NCBI GenBank assembly: GCA_013416795.1 | Contig: RQSC01000012.1 | Location: 62,001-126,000, forward strand | Reading direction: 5' to 3' | Source of the DNA: Prasinococcaceae sp. CCMP 1430 | Taxonomy: Eukaryota > Plantae > Prasinodermophyta | DNA length: 64,000 nucleotides | Shown here: piece by piece, positions 33,450 to 45,000 of the stretch | Layout of the letters: every line of letters starts with the position of its first letter | Position numbering within the stretch: the stretch's first letter is position 1 | Notes under the pieces: model-generated | Told to the model about the DNA's origin: nothing | Database searches by the model: none | Seen by the model: only the letters and a program-made list of their open reading frames with translations | Program-made: the position numbers and the translations under genes

Positions 33450-33696
33450 GAGTCAAGAGTCTGCGCGCTGGATCTGTAGACGCGTGCAACAGGACTGTAC
33501 GACGTTGGCCGGCGCAGCCGACGGCGCCGTGCCAGCCACCAGTCGCTTTCGACGCAAGGACGCGCCGACCGACGGCGTCCGTCCGTTCGCCTGCGCTCGC
33601 AATGCCGCGTTCCCGCACACGCCAGCGCGCACCGGAAGGAGTGCAGCGCCGCCCACACGTGTGCGATTCTGTGTGCGATTCTGTGTGCGTATGTGC

Positions 33697-33754
<58 letters not shown>

Positions 33755-33785
33755 GTGCGTGCGTTCGTGTGTGTGTGTGTGTGTG

Positions 33786-33822
<37 letters not shown>

Positions 33823-34283
33823 GTGTGTGTGTGTGTGTGTGAATGTGTGTGTGTGTATGTGTGCGTGTATGTGTGTGTGTGTACAGCACGTGCATGTGCG
33901 TGCGTGTGCGTGCGTGTGTGTGAATGTGTGTGTGTGTATGTGCGTGCGTTTGTGTGTGTGTGTGTGTGTGTGTGTGACACTGTGTGTGTGTGTGTGCGTG
34001 TGTGTGTTTGTTTGTAAGTGCGTGTCTGCCATCAATGTGCGCGCGTGCTGACTACGGACAGGACCAACCCCAAACCATTAGGGGCTATCGATACCTCACG
34101 AGCGATGAGGGTCTGAAATGAGCGCAGGCGAGGAGGTGGGGCGAGGAGGACGCCGAGGGCGAGGAGGGGGGGCAGGGCGTCGACTGCGGCGGGGAGGGCG
34201 CTCAGGCGAGGCGCGCGCGCGTTGGACGGCGGGGTAATGAGAGGCGAGGGGGCGTCGCAGTGTACGCACCCCGCGCGCGTTTG

Positions 34284-34337
<54 letters not shown>

Positions 34338-34400
34338 CGCCTGTGCGTGCGTGCCTGTGCGTGTGTGTGTGTGTGTCTGTCTTCGCGTGTGCGTGCGTGC
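32801..34400. repeat. Dense (CA)n/(TG)n microsatellite field without a recognisable CDS
   Basis: Multiple CA and TG tracts separated by short unique islands. Confidence 0.85.
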
Positions 34401-34494
34401 GCGCTTGCTCGTGTGTGTGCGCGTGCGTGTGCGCGGGGCGCCGCACCGCGCGCACCCCGCGCGTGCGGCGGGCGTGGTACGAGCGCTACATATG

Positions 34495-35421
34495 TCACAT
34501 GAGGCGGCCGGCGTAGGCGGCGGCGCCGGCGTACCGCCGCGCGAGCTCGGGCCACTGCACGAGCAGGCCGTCGAGCAGCCCCGCGGCGCGCGCGATGCGC
34601 GCGGTGAGGCTGAGCTCGCGCACGCGCGCCACGCTCTCCACGTACACCACGCGCGTGCGCGCACGCACACGGCAACCGGATGTACACCAGTGCCTCTGGC
34701 GGTGCCCCTCGCGTCTCTGTTGCCTCCCGCGACATCCTGAGCGCCGCTACGAGCTCCCACAGCGCGGTGCTGGCCCATCACCTCGCCCGGCGGGCCCGGT
34801 GACGCACTGCTCACGTGCGCATCCCTCACGTCGGGCACAGTGTCGCCAAAGTAGCCGACCGACGGCAGCGGGGTCGAGTACGTGTCCACTGCAGGGTCGA
34901 GCCGCATGGCCTCCTCCACTCCCGCGAGGATGTCAGACGTGTCTGCTTCGTCGTCCGTGCCACCATGCGACACCAGGCCNGTGGTGGCGACCGTCGACGC
35001 CCACGACTGGCCGACCTCGCGCGCGCGCGGCAGCACGTAGACGCCCTCCTCCGCGCGCCACAGCGCCGCCTGCTCGTCGCCCGCCGATGCCGCCGCCGCC
35101 TGGTCGTGCGCGCGCGCGACCGCGCGTGTGAGCGCTCTCGCCAAGCACGGGCGCACGCGCTCGTTCGCTCGCGGGTGTGTGTGGCGCTGCGTGTGTGACG
35201 CTGCGTGTGCGTGTGCGAGCGTGTGTGTTTCGCACGCTCGCGCTCCCGCTCGCGCGCACCTCGGCCGCCGCGGCCTTGCCCGCCGACATCGCGTCGGTGT
35301 CCGCGACGACGTATTCCCGCGGCGAGAAGCGCGCGCGCGGCAGCGCCTCGAGCAGCGCGAGCATCTCCGCGGTGTGCCCGCCGCTGCCGAGGACCACCAG
35401 CGTCCGCAGCGGGGCACCGCC
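34495..35421 (-). CDS. ALG14: UDP-GlcNAc transferase subunit ALG14, interrupted at single N 34980; 5' exon uncertain
   Basis: TLVVLGSGGHTAEM, YVVADTDAMS, LPRAREVGQSW, VVYVESVARV.ELSLT and VQWPEL...GRLM*; the NGPGTC segment is not found. Confidence 0.8.
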
Positions 35422-35824
35422 CGCTCTGCGTGTGCGTGCATGCACGTGCGCGGGTGCCCCACGTGAATGTCAGTGCGTGTGTTCGTGCGTGCGCGCGTGA
35501 GCGCGGACGCGATCGCGCGCGCACGCGCCCCGCACGGGCCGGCGAGCGCGACTCTGTGCGCTGACACACCCTCACACACACTCACACACGCGCGCGCGCA
35601 CAGACACGCACCTCTCCTCCGCCCCGCCGGCGAGCGCCTCGGCGACCACCGCAGCGGCGCGGCCGCNNNNNNNNNNNNNNNNNNNNNNNNNNNNNNNNNN
35701 NNNNNNNNNNNNNNNNNNNNNNNNNNNNNNNNNNNNNNNNNNNNNNNNNNNNNNNNNNNNNNNNNNNNNNNNNNNNNNNNNNNNNNNNNNNNNNNNNNNN
35801 NNNNNNNNNNNNNNNNNNNNNNNN

Positions 35825-36729
35825 CTGCGCTCGCCGCTGCTGCGCGCGAGCGCGACGTCGTGCGCCACGCACGCGGCGGGCGACGCGCTCTGCCAGACGG
35901 TCGCGCCGCCCTCGGCGGGGCCCGGGGAAGCGCGAGCTGGTGCGAGCGGGGCAGAGGTGCGGCGCGTGCCAGCCCCTCACTCCCGCGCCAGCATGCTCGC
36001 GGCACCGTGCGCCAGAGCTGTGAGTGTGTGTGTGTGTGTATGTATGCGAGCGCGGGCATGGCAACAGGCTGATATCAGCGCGGCGGACTCGGCCGACGTG
36101 GCCGACACGCGCCCGCGCACGCCTCCCGACGCGGCCGCCTGCGCAGGCCTTCGACGCGGGCCGCTGCGCGCGCTTCGCCGCCGTGGGAGCGACCCTGCAC
36201 GGGCCGTTCTTCCACCACGCGTTCGGCGCGCTCGAGCGCCACGTGCGGGGTGCGTCAGCGCGCGTCCTCGCGCCGCCCGCCCGCCACTGCGACAGCTCGC
36301 GCTCGCACACGCCCGCGCACTCACACACGCACGCGCACTCACACGCGCACGCTCCCTCCCACACCACCGCACGCAGTGGGCGGCGCGCCGTGGCGCGCCG
36401 TCGTCGCCAAGACGGCCGTGGGACAGTTTACCGCCCTGCCCCTGTACCTCACACTCTTCTTCCCCTACATGTCCGTCCTCGAGGGGGTGTTCTCGGGGGA
36501 AGGCGCGGCCGAGCCGGCAGCGCTCGCTGCGGGTGCAGCCGCGCGGCTCGCCGACAACTTCGTGCCGACGATGGTGGCCGGTACGGCGTTCTGGCCGGCG
36601 GCCAACCTCGTCAACTTCTCGGTCGTGCCGGCCAACATGCGCGTGGCGTACGTCGGCAGCGTGGGCGTCGTCTGGAACGTGTACCTGTCGTGGCGCAACG
36701 CCCGCGAGGCCGGCGGGGGGAGGGGCTGA
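35825..36729 (+). CDS. Mpv17/PMP22 family membrane protein, multi-exon; start lies in or before the N gap
   Basis: PLLRASATSCATHAAGDALCQ, RCARFAAVGATLHGPFFHHAF, KTAVGQ, FWPAANLVNFSVVP..RVAYVGSVGVVWNVYLS. Confidence 0.88.
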
Positions 36730-36806
36730 GCGGCACGCGCGCGAACGCACGCCACACGTGCCCAATCCGGACGCGCACGCGCACGAACACGCGCGTGCGT
36801 AGGAAG

Positions 36807-36864
<58 letters not shown>

Positions 36865-36865
36865 N

Positions 36866-36922
<57 letters not shown>

Positions 36923-37091
36923 CACCTGCACACACACATGCGCGCGCGCGCATGTCGACCGCGCGCCCGAGCCTGTCGGATGGGATTTGGTATGTTATTG
37001 CCCCCCACGCCGCACGAGTCTGTAGCGGCGAGGACGCGCGCGATCGCGCGCACGTGTGTGTGTGTGTGCACGCGCGCGCGCGCTCACGCGC

Positions 37092-38942
37092 TTACGCCTC
37101 GAGCACGGCGTTCTCCATGAACTCGTACTCGAAGACGAAGCCCGGCTTGACGCGCTGCACCCAGCCCTCGTGGCCGTCCGCGCCACCCACGTCGAAGTAC
37201 GCGTACGTGCCCTGCTCGTATTCGTCCGTGGTCACCTGGGGCTCGTCGTGCCGCTGGAACCACGTGGAGAACTTGGTGTGGAACCTCCAGCCGAGCCGCT
37301 TGAGCGCGCGCGCGGCCATCTGCTGCTGGCGCGTGCCCGGGTGGAAGTAAAAGACGAAGAAGAGCGCGTCGGCGTCCAAGCGGTCGTACAGCGCGAGGTT
37401 GTCCACGGCGGGCGCGGCGGCGGGGGGGTAGCTCGGCGGCACGGCCGCGGGCGCGCGCGGCACGAAAGCGCGCGGGCGCTCCGAGTCGGCCGCCTGGGGA
37501 AGCGAGCGCAGCGCCGAGCCGAGCAGTTCATCGACACGCGCGCCGCGCTCGGTGCCCGGCGCCGCGCCCGCGGGCGGGAGCGCCGCTGCCATTCCGCCCA
37601 NNNNNNNNNNNNNNNNNNNNNNNNNNNNNNNNNNNNNNNNNNNNNNNNNNNNNNNNNNNNNNNNNNNNNNNNNNNNNNNNNNNNNNNNNNNNNNNNNNNN
37701 NNNNNNNNNNNNNNNNNNNNNNNNNNNNNNNNNNNNNNNNNNNNNNNNNNNNNNNNNNNNNNNNNNNNNNNNNNNNNNNNNNNNNNNNNNNNNNNNNNNN
37801 NNNNNNNNNNNNNNNNNNNNNNNNNNNNNNNNNNNNNNNNNNNNNNNNNNNNNNNNNNNNNNNNNNNNNNNNNNNNNNNNNNNNNNNNNNNNNNNNNNNN
37901 NNNNNNNNNNNNNNNNNNNNNNNNNNNNNNNGCCGCCCGGGCCGCCCATGGGCCCCGGCCCGGGCGCGCCGGCCATGCCCGGTCCGGGCCCGCCCGCCCC
38001 CGGGCCTCCGAGCGGTGCTCCGGGCATTCCCGGTCGCCGCTGGGCCTGCTGCTGCGGCCCGCCGAGCCTGGAAACGACGGGCGCCGCCGACTGCGGACCG
38101 GACGTCGCGGGCGTCGACTTGGGCTTCGAAGAGGCCGGAGCGCTCTTGACGAGCATGGTGAGCTCGTCCATGGGGTCCAGCGGCGACAGGTCTTTCTTCT
38201 TGTCCTTCTTGCTCTTCTTCTCCTTCTTCTTCTCCTTGGTGGATTCCTCCTTGGTTTCTTTCTCCTTGTTCGCCTCCTTGCTCGCCTTGACCTTCTCGTC
38301 CAGGCGCATCTCGCCGGCCGCCTGAGCCTCGATGACCTCGTTGAGATCGAAGGGCAGCGCCATGTAGATGTCGTCGGGGTTGGCAAACTCGTCAAAGTCG
38401 AGCTGATTGCGCTCCACGTAGTCCTCGACCATCTCCTTGATGTCGTTGACGTCCTCGGGCACCACGCTCTCGTTGTCAATCAGCCGAATGAGCTGCTCGA
38501 GGAGGCGCGTGTGCTGGTTGTGGCGCTCGATGCTCTCCTCGAATTGCTCGACCAGCAGCGGCTTCGTGGGCTTGCCGCGCTTGACGGGGATGGCCTCGAT
38601 CTCCGCCTCGAACTCCTCGATCTGCTGCGAGAGCGTCTCCACGGCGCCGTTGATCCAGTCGCGCACCTCTTGCTTGGCGAGCTCCTTCGGATCCTGCCGC
38701 GCCGCGTTGGCGAGGCCCTCCTTCGAAAAGGCCTTGGTCTTGGTCTCCTTCTCGCAGACCTTGAAGCGCTCCATGCGGCTCTCGATGAGCTTTCGGTAGT
38801 CCACGAGCTGCGTCTTGTCCTTGATGTCGCTGTTGGCGATCCATGTCTTGATCTGGTCGCGGTAGCGCTGCAGCTTCTTGATCTCCTTCTTCAGGTCGGC
38901 CTCATACTTCTCCTTCTGCGCCGTCGTCTCCGAGTCGTACAC
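37092..38942 (-). CDS. NOT3: CCR4-NOT subunit NOT3/CNOT3; the conserved first exon (~30 aa) is not found; N gap in the middle
   Basis: VYD...QKEKYEADLKKEIKKLQRYRDQIKTW, MERFKVCEKETKTKAFSKEGL; NOT-box LFFVFYF..GTRQQ.MAARALK..GWRFHTKFSTWFQRH..P...EQGTY.YFD. Confidence 0.93.
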   Translation of the reverse strand: MYDSETTAQKEKYEADLKKEIKKLQRYRDQIKTWIANSDIKDKTQLVDYRKLIESRMERFKVCEKETKTKAFSKEGLANAARQDPKELAKQEVRDWINGAVETLSQQIEEFEAEIEAIPVKRGKPTKPLLVEQFEESIERHNQHTRLLEQLIRLIDNESVVPEDVNDIKEMVEDYVERNQLDFDEFANPDDIYMALPFDLNEVIEAQAAGEMRLDEKVKASKEANKEKETKEESTKEKKKEKKSKKDKKKDLSPLDPMDELTMLVKSAPASSKPKSTPATSGPQSAAPVVSRLGGPQQQAQRRPGMPGAPLGGPGAGGPGPGMAGAPGPGPMGGPGGXXXXXXXXXXXXXXXXXXXXXXXXXXXXXXXXXXXXXXXXXXXXXXXXXXXXXXXXXXXXXXXXXXXXXXXXXXXXXXXXXXXXXXXXXXXXXXXXXXXXXXXXXXXXXXXGGMAAALPPAGAAPGTERGARVDELLGSALRSLPQAADSERPRAFVPRAPAAVPPSYPPAAAPAVDNLALYDRLDADALFFVFYFHPGTRQQQMAARALKRLGWRFHTKFSTWFQRHDEPQVTTDEYEQGTYAYFDVGGADGHEGWVQRVKPGFVFEYEFMENAVLEA

Positions 38943-39169
38943 CTGCGGAGGGGGGGGGGGGGGCAAGAGCGAGCCGCCCGCAGGCGAAAGCCGGAGCGAA
39001 CGCGCGAGACCAGCGTGCGTCAGCGCTGCGCGTCGAGTGCACGCCTTCCGGGGCGCGGCGTCCGTCGCAGCGAGCCGAGGTCGGCCATGTCGTGCACACC
39101 ACCCGCCCTCTTTGAGCGCGCCACGCGCGCCGAGCGCGCGCACCTCCGCCAACATGCTCGGTTCGATAC

Positions 39170-39975
39170 TCCTCGCCCCGTTAGCGCCGCGCCGCCGCCG
39201 TCGACGGCCTCGACGCGCAGCGAGACCCCCGCGCGCGCGGCGAGGTGCGCGAAGCGGCCCGCGACGTCGCGCAGCATCGCCTTGAGCGACGCGGCGCGCG
39301 GCGTGAAGGCGCTGGGGGCGTGGTCGACCCCCGTGAGGTCGGTGATGTCGCCGGAGAGCGCCTGCAGCGCGTTGGCGCTGCTGCGTATGACGCGCACCAT
39401 CTCGGCCTGCTCGGCGTCGAGGCGCGCGTCGGAGGCGAGCACCTCGGCGGCGCTCACCACCCCCATGAGCGGCGTGCGCAGGTCGTGCGACATGCGCGCG
39501 AGGAAGAGCGCCTTGGTGCGCGTGGCGTGCTCCGCCGTCGCGAGCAGCGCCTCGGACCTCCTCCGCTGCTCGCGCTCGTCGGTGACGTCGTGGCACGTGC
39601 CGAAGACGTACTCGCGCCCCTCGGCCGCGCAGTACGTGTACGTCGTGTCGAAGATGCGCACGCCGTCGCCCGGCGTCGGCAGCGCGTGCTCGCACGGCAC
39701 GTCCGCCCGCGACTCGCAGCACCGCACCACGAAGTCGTCCATCAGCGGCGCCGCCTCCGCGCCGAACAGCTCCGTGTTCGTCCGCCCCACCACGTCCGCG
39801 CGCACGCGCCCCAGCGCGCGGCACGCGCTCGCGTTCGCCTCCACGTACCGGAACGCGCCGTCCGACGGGTCCCGCACGTACACCACGAACACCGCCGGGG
39901 TGCACGCCAGCAGGTGGCGCAGCAGCGAGGGCAGCGGCGCGGGGGGCACCGCAGACGCCGTCGACGCCGGACCTG

Positions 39976-40012
<37 letters not shown>

Positions 40013-40325
40013 AGTGCGTGTGCGTGCGTGTGTGTGTGTGTGTGTGCGTGTGTGCGTGTGTGCGTGTTTGTGTGCGTGTTTGTGTGCGTGTGTGTGTGCG
40101 TGTGCGTGTGCGTGTGCGCGTGTGCGTGTGTGTGTGCGTGTGCGTGTGCGTGTGCGCGCGCGTGCGCGTGTGCGTGTGTGTGTGCGTGTGCGTGTGCGCG
40201 TGCGTGTGCGCATGGCCTTTGCGTCAGCTGCGCACGCGCGCGCGCGCCCCCGCGACAGCCACGCGCCCCCCTCGCTGCGGCTGCGCACCTGCGAGGCTCG
40301 CGTCGGCGTTCGCGCCGCCCATCAT
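39170..40325 (-). CDS. PAS-HisKA histidine kinase fragment (no HATPase_c or receiver); exons 40325-40289 and 39975-~39170
   Basis: PAS-like FRYVEANASACRALG...VVGRTNTELF...GTCHDVTD, then the H-box KALFLARMSHDLRTPLMGVV; a phase-1 GT-AG intron joins exon 1 in frame. Confidence 0.8.
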
Positions 40326-42018
40326 CGCCGCGACGAGCGAGAGGGTGGGGTGGGGTGGGTGGGGGGCGCGCCGCGCGCGCGCGCGGGCGCGCAGTGGCGC
40401 TTTGGGGGGTGGGGTGGGCGCACACGCGCGCACGCGCACGCTAGCACGCACGCGTGCGCACACACACGCACACACACGCAGGCACACACACACACACACA
40501 CACACACAAACACGCACGCACACACGCACACACACACACACACACAAACACGCACACACACACGCACACGCGCACACACACACACGCACACACACACACA
40601 CGCGCACGCACGCACACGCACGCCCGCGCGCGCGTCAGATATGCTCGGCGCGGGGGCGCGCGCGCCACGCGCGCGCCAGCGGATTTGCTCCCCACGAACC
40701 GCGGAATGCGCCCCTCCAAATTCACACCAACCGCATGTTCGCGCGCCCGGAGGGTTCGAATCCTGGAAATGCCGCGCGAGACGCGGCGCCAACCGCCTTC
40801 GAAAGTGGCTTCCGCGAACCCAGACTGCGGCCTCAGAAATCCGCCAGTCGCCGGATTTTTTTTTTCCGGCGGCGGGCGGCCGCAGCTCCGCGCGCGGCGT
40901 ACTTCGCGTATTACAATTCGAACGCCCCCCGCTCCGCATGGACACATCACTTACCATCTCGTATTCGCGTCGAATACTCATTCCGCGCGGATATTCCGTG
41001 CAAAAGCCTCGCGCAGCCCTAAAACATACCGCGGATTGACATTTGAGCACGCATTCATTACGTAATATCACAAAAAATCCGATTCGCATGAAACGCACAT
41101 TTTCCAACCGCTTCAGCGCTTTTACCCTTTTTTCCCCTAGCGAAAAGCGCGCGACGAAAGCGCGCGACGAAAAAATAAATAGAAAAGCGCCGGGATGTGG
41201 GTGGGGGGTCGGTCGGCAATGGGATTCGGGCGCGAGGGCGGGCGGGTGCGATTTGATGTGCGTGTTTTCGAAGGCTCCTCGCGGTGCGCCTTTCCGATAG
41301 GGGCTAGGAAAGGTCGCTCTGCTGCGGGCAAGCGGGGTACTTCCACACCCCCTACGCACGTGCACCACAAGCACCCAGTGATCGCTGAAGCAAAACGGCC
41401 ACGCAATCACGTCGCACTCGCCGAAGGACGTCTTTGAAGAACCAGACGAGCCGAAGAGCAATGAGAAGCTATTCAACTTCATCGGTCACCTCATCTATTC
41501 CTCCTTGAATGGGCGCGGCTGGATGGACGACCCCCTCTACGTCACGTACGATGCCACCTTCCCTCACGAGGTCGAGCCGGGGCAGCGCATCCTTGGCGGC
41601 CGCCCAAGCTACTCTGTACCCAGCGTCCAATATGCCGTGCTCAAGCCCCTGCGCTTGAAGGCATGAGGTCGTCGAGCGGCCCGCGCGGTCCGTATTTAGG
41701 GTATGCTCACACAAAGAGGGTTTGTAAAGAATTTTTTTTGTACGCGGCCGCGCTACGAGCGCGGCGCGGCGAGCGAGGAGGGGGCGGCGGGCGTGAACAT
41801 GGCCTTCGACGAGGTGATGGTGCGCGCAACGGACTGCNCTGCGCCCTCGCCGGCGCGCCGCGCCCTCTCGCGCGCCTCGTCCGCGTAGGTTCCCAACCCG
41901 TCGCCGCCGGCCGCCGCGGCGGCGATAAGAAGGGAGAGCGAGAGCGGCCCGATTGCAATTCGAGCACCGTCGATTGCGGCATCTACATGCGGGGTGAGTA
42001 TGGTGGTTTGCGGGATGT

Positions 42019-45000
42019 GTGGGTTTCGCGGGCGCCTTCGCCGCGCTCGGCGCGTTGGGCGTCGCCGCGCACGCCTGCGTGGACGCCAGCGTCGTGCTCT
42101 ACGTGTACGATGCGCGAGGCGTGATCGACGACCACGACGACCACCACGAGCCTGCCAGTGTGGAATTGGAAGGCCACAAGATCCAGGAAGAGCGTGCGCA
42201 AGACTCAGACGCGACGTCGGCGGAGGCCGCAGATACCTCCTCGAGAGTGCCGGATGACACGCCCGCCGCCGCTGGCGGCAGGGCGGCCGCCGGCGCGGCC
42301 GCCAACGGCGAGGCGCTCTTCATCTCGCGCTCGCTGTGGTTCTCGCGCACTCGCTTGGGGCGGTTAGGCGCGGTGCTGCAGGCGTCCTCGGCTGCGTTGC
42401 TGGTCTTGGCGGCGCTGCTGGCGCGTCCCCCCTCCACCGCGGCGGTCGTCGGGCTGCCCGACGCCTTCGTGCGCTCGCTCGCCGCGGCGAGCGGCGCTGG
42501 CACGGCGCTGGCGGCGTGCGTCGCGCACGGCGCGCTGGGTCGCGGCGTGCTCGGCGCGCGCGGCTACCGTTTGTGGGCGCCCTTCGAGGGGGGATGCGCC
42601 TTCGTGTGCCTGCAGGCGGTCGGCTGGGCGCTCCTCACCGTGCACCACATCGCTCTCATCTGCGTGCTGCCACTGGGGGGGTTCGGCGGCGGGGACAGGG
42701 GCACGGTGCTACTCGCGGCGGTTGGCGTGGGCAGCGCCGCGGTGCTCGCGCTCATGGCGAGCGTGGGTCACTTCGACGGCAGGGAGACGCGCCACGCGAG
42801 GGCGCTGGCGCGGCGCGCGCGCGCGCTTCGTCAAGGCCCTCCGCGAGCGCGGGCGCGCCCCATTCTCAGCACGACGTCGGCGACCTCTTCGGCCGACGCC
42901 TCGACGTCGTCGACTCCGCGTTCGGCACCCCTGCCTCCTGCGTCCCTCTCCACCGCGTTCGCGCAAGCGCCGACGCGCGGGTGGTGCGGTGAGAGCGCCG
43001 TCGCGAGCTGCCTGCTCGTCGCGTCGAGCGCAATGGCGTCACTCCTGCTGCTGTGCCGGCAGCGCCAGGACGAGGGAGGCGGGGCAGCGCAGGGAGCTGT
43101 AGCCAGCAGCGTCAAGGTGGCGCTTCATCGGGCGCATGGCATTGTCGGCATCGGCGACTCGGGCTGCGCCGGCGGTGCAGACGTCGGCGCCGGCGCGCGC
43201 GCGGCGCTGCGGTTGGTGCCGATGCTGGCCCTGCCGATGTCCTACGAGTGGGCGCTGCGCATCGCGTGCGCTGCAATCCACCTCGCCGGACCCATCGCGC
43301 ATTTCGGCGGCACGCGGCTGCACCCGCCAGGCGTGTACAGATTCTACCAGCCCTTCAAGGGCGGATCCGCGTTCGTGATCGCGCAGACGCTCGGCTGGTG
43401 CATGTACGGAGTGTCAGCGCTGGCGTCGCTCGTCACGCTGTCGAAGTCGTCCTCTCACGCGGGCGGCGAGGTGGCACTCGACGGCCAAGAGGTGGCAGCG
43501 CTCTTCCCGCTGGCGTTCCTCGCACAGGCGACACTGCTCGCGTCGGTGCCGTACTTTGACCCGGGCGCGACGGGTGCGGATGGGGTCTTTCGCAAGAGCA
43601 CCTCCACTGAACAGGACGAGGACGACGTGAGGAACGCCAATGCTCTCGAGCACGCCCCCTCGCGCGTCCAAGACGTGGACGCACGGTGGCGATCGTCGAC
43701 GGAGATGCCGCGCGCTCGCGCTCAGCGAGCGCCGCGTGCAGCACATGCGCCCACCCACGCTCGTACCCGCGCACCAAGGCACCTTCTCGCGCGCGCGCGC
43801 AACGACCTCGGAGTAGGAGCTCAGCCCGCTGCCAGTGGGACCCTCCTGTCGCGCTGGACGGCCGACTCTATGTTCGCGCTGGTGCTGTCGTGCCTGGCGG
43901 CGGTCACCGTCGGGGGGGCGTCCGCGGCGCGCCTGCTCCCTGAGCGTTTGCGGGCCCCTCTCTCGGCGGTTGCGCCGGACGCCAACTTGGAAGCAGCGCG
44001 TGCGCCGCTGGTCGCTGCGGCCATGGCGGCGTACGCCCTTGCGCTCGGCGTGGGCGTCGCCCTCGGCGGGACGCCCGAACAGCGCAGCATATGCTGGATG
44101 TCTAAGCGGCGCGTGCTGCAGCAGTGCTTCGGCTTCAGCCTCGCGGTGCTCGCAATGATCGGGCAGCTCGTGCTGTTGCACAACGACGGCATGGCGGGCA
44201 TCGCGGGGTCAGCCGCCGTTCACACCAACGAAGCGTTCCCAGTCGGCAGCAGCGCAATGGTGGCTGCTCAATCGCGCTCAGCAGCCGCGTGCCTCGGACT
44301 CGCCTTCGTACAGCTCCTTGCGAACTGGTTCGTCATTGCAAGCATTGCGACGGCAGACAGCGACGTGCTCGAGCGCGCTGCCGCCAAGGAGGCGCGCGAG
44401 GCGCAGGCGAGGGCGCAGCGGTTGCTGCGCCTGTGCTCTGCGGTAGCACGCGAGAACGCCACGGCTGCGCTGGAAGAGCCTGTTGAACAGGGAGAGCGCG
44501 TAGCTCGCGGCGGCGCGCGCATCGAGGCCACCGCGTCCGTGGCGCGAGCTCTGCGTCAGGCCGCCGCGGTTCGCAGCATGCGTGAGCGCCCGCAGCTTGT
44601 GAGCCTGCTTGAGGCGCTCGCCTCCGACGTCACCCAAAGCAGCGACGCTGCCACCAATAGCACAACGATTGCCCCCGCCAGGTCGACTTCCTTGCAGCAA
44701 GCTGGGGCGATGGGTCTCTCTGCTGCTGCCGCTGCTGCTACACCCGGTGATCCCAGCCAACATCAAAGGCACAATCGTGCACAGCTCCGGAGGGGCACAA
44801 GCCTCGCAGTAGCGACTGGCGCCGTCCTGCTCGCGCTGCTTGCGGACGCGGTCCAGTGGGACCCTCGCGCGCACACCACTGTGGCAAGCCGCGTCGGACC
44901 CGCCGTGCTAAGCAGCACGGGGGCCGCGCGCGTGCTACTGCTTGGCTGCGCTACCGTCGCAGGCTCGGTCGCCATCGTGATGGTGCACTTCTGGGCGGGA

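Noticed and set aside
31418-34051. 877-aa and other long ORFs rich in [12 protein letters not shown]
   Set aside because: These are translations of CA/TG microsatellites and GC-rich stop-poor sequence with no domains; the same applies to most ORFs from 56800 to 64000.
37056-40013. 985-aa plus-strand ORF
   Set aside because: Antisense shadow of NOT3 and the kinase, spanning an N gap.
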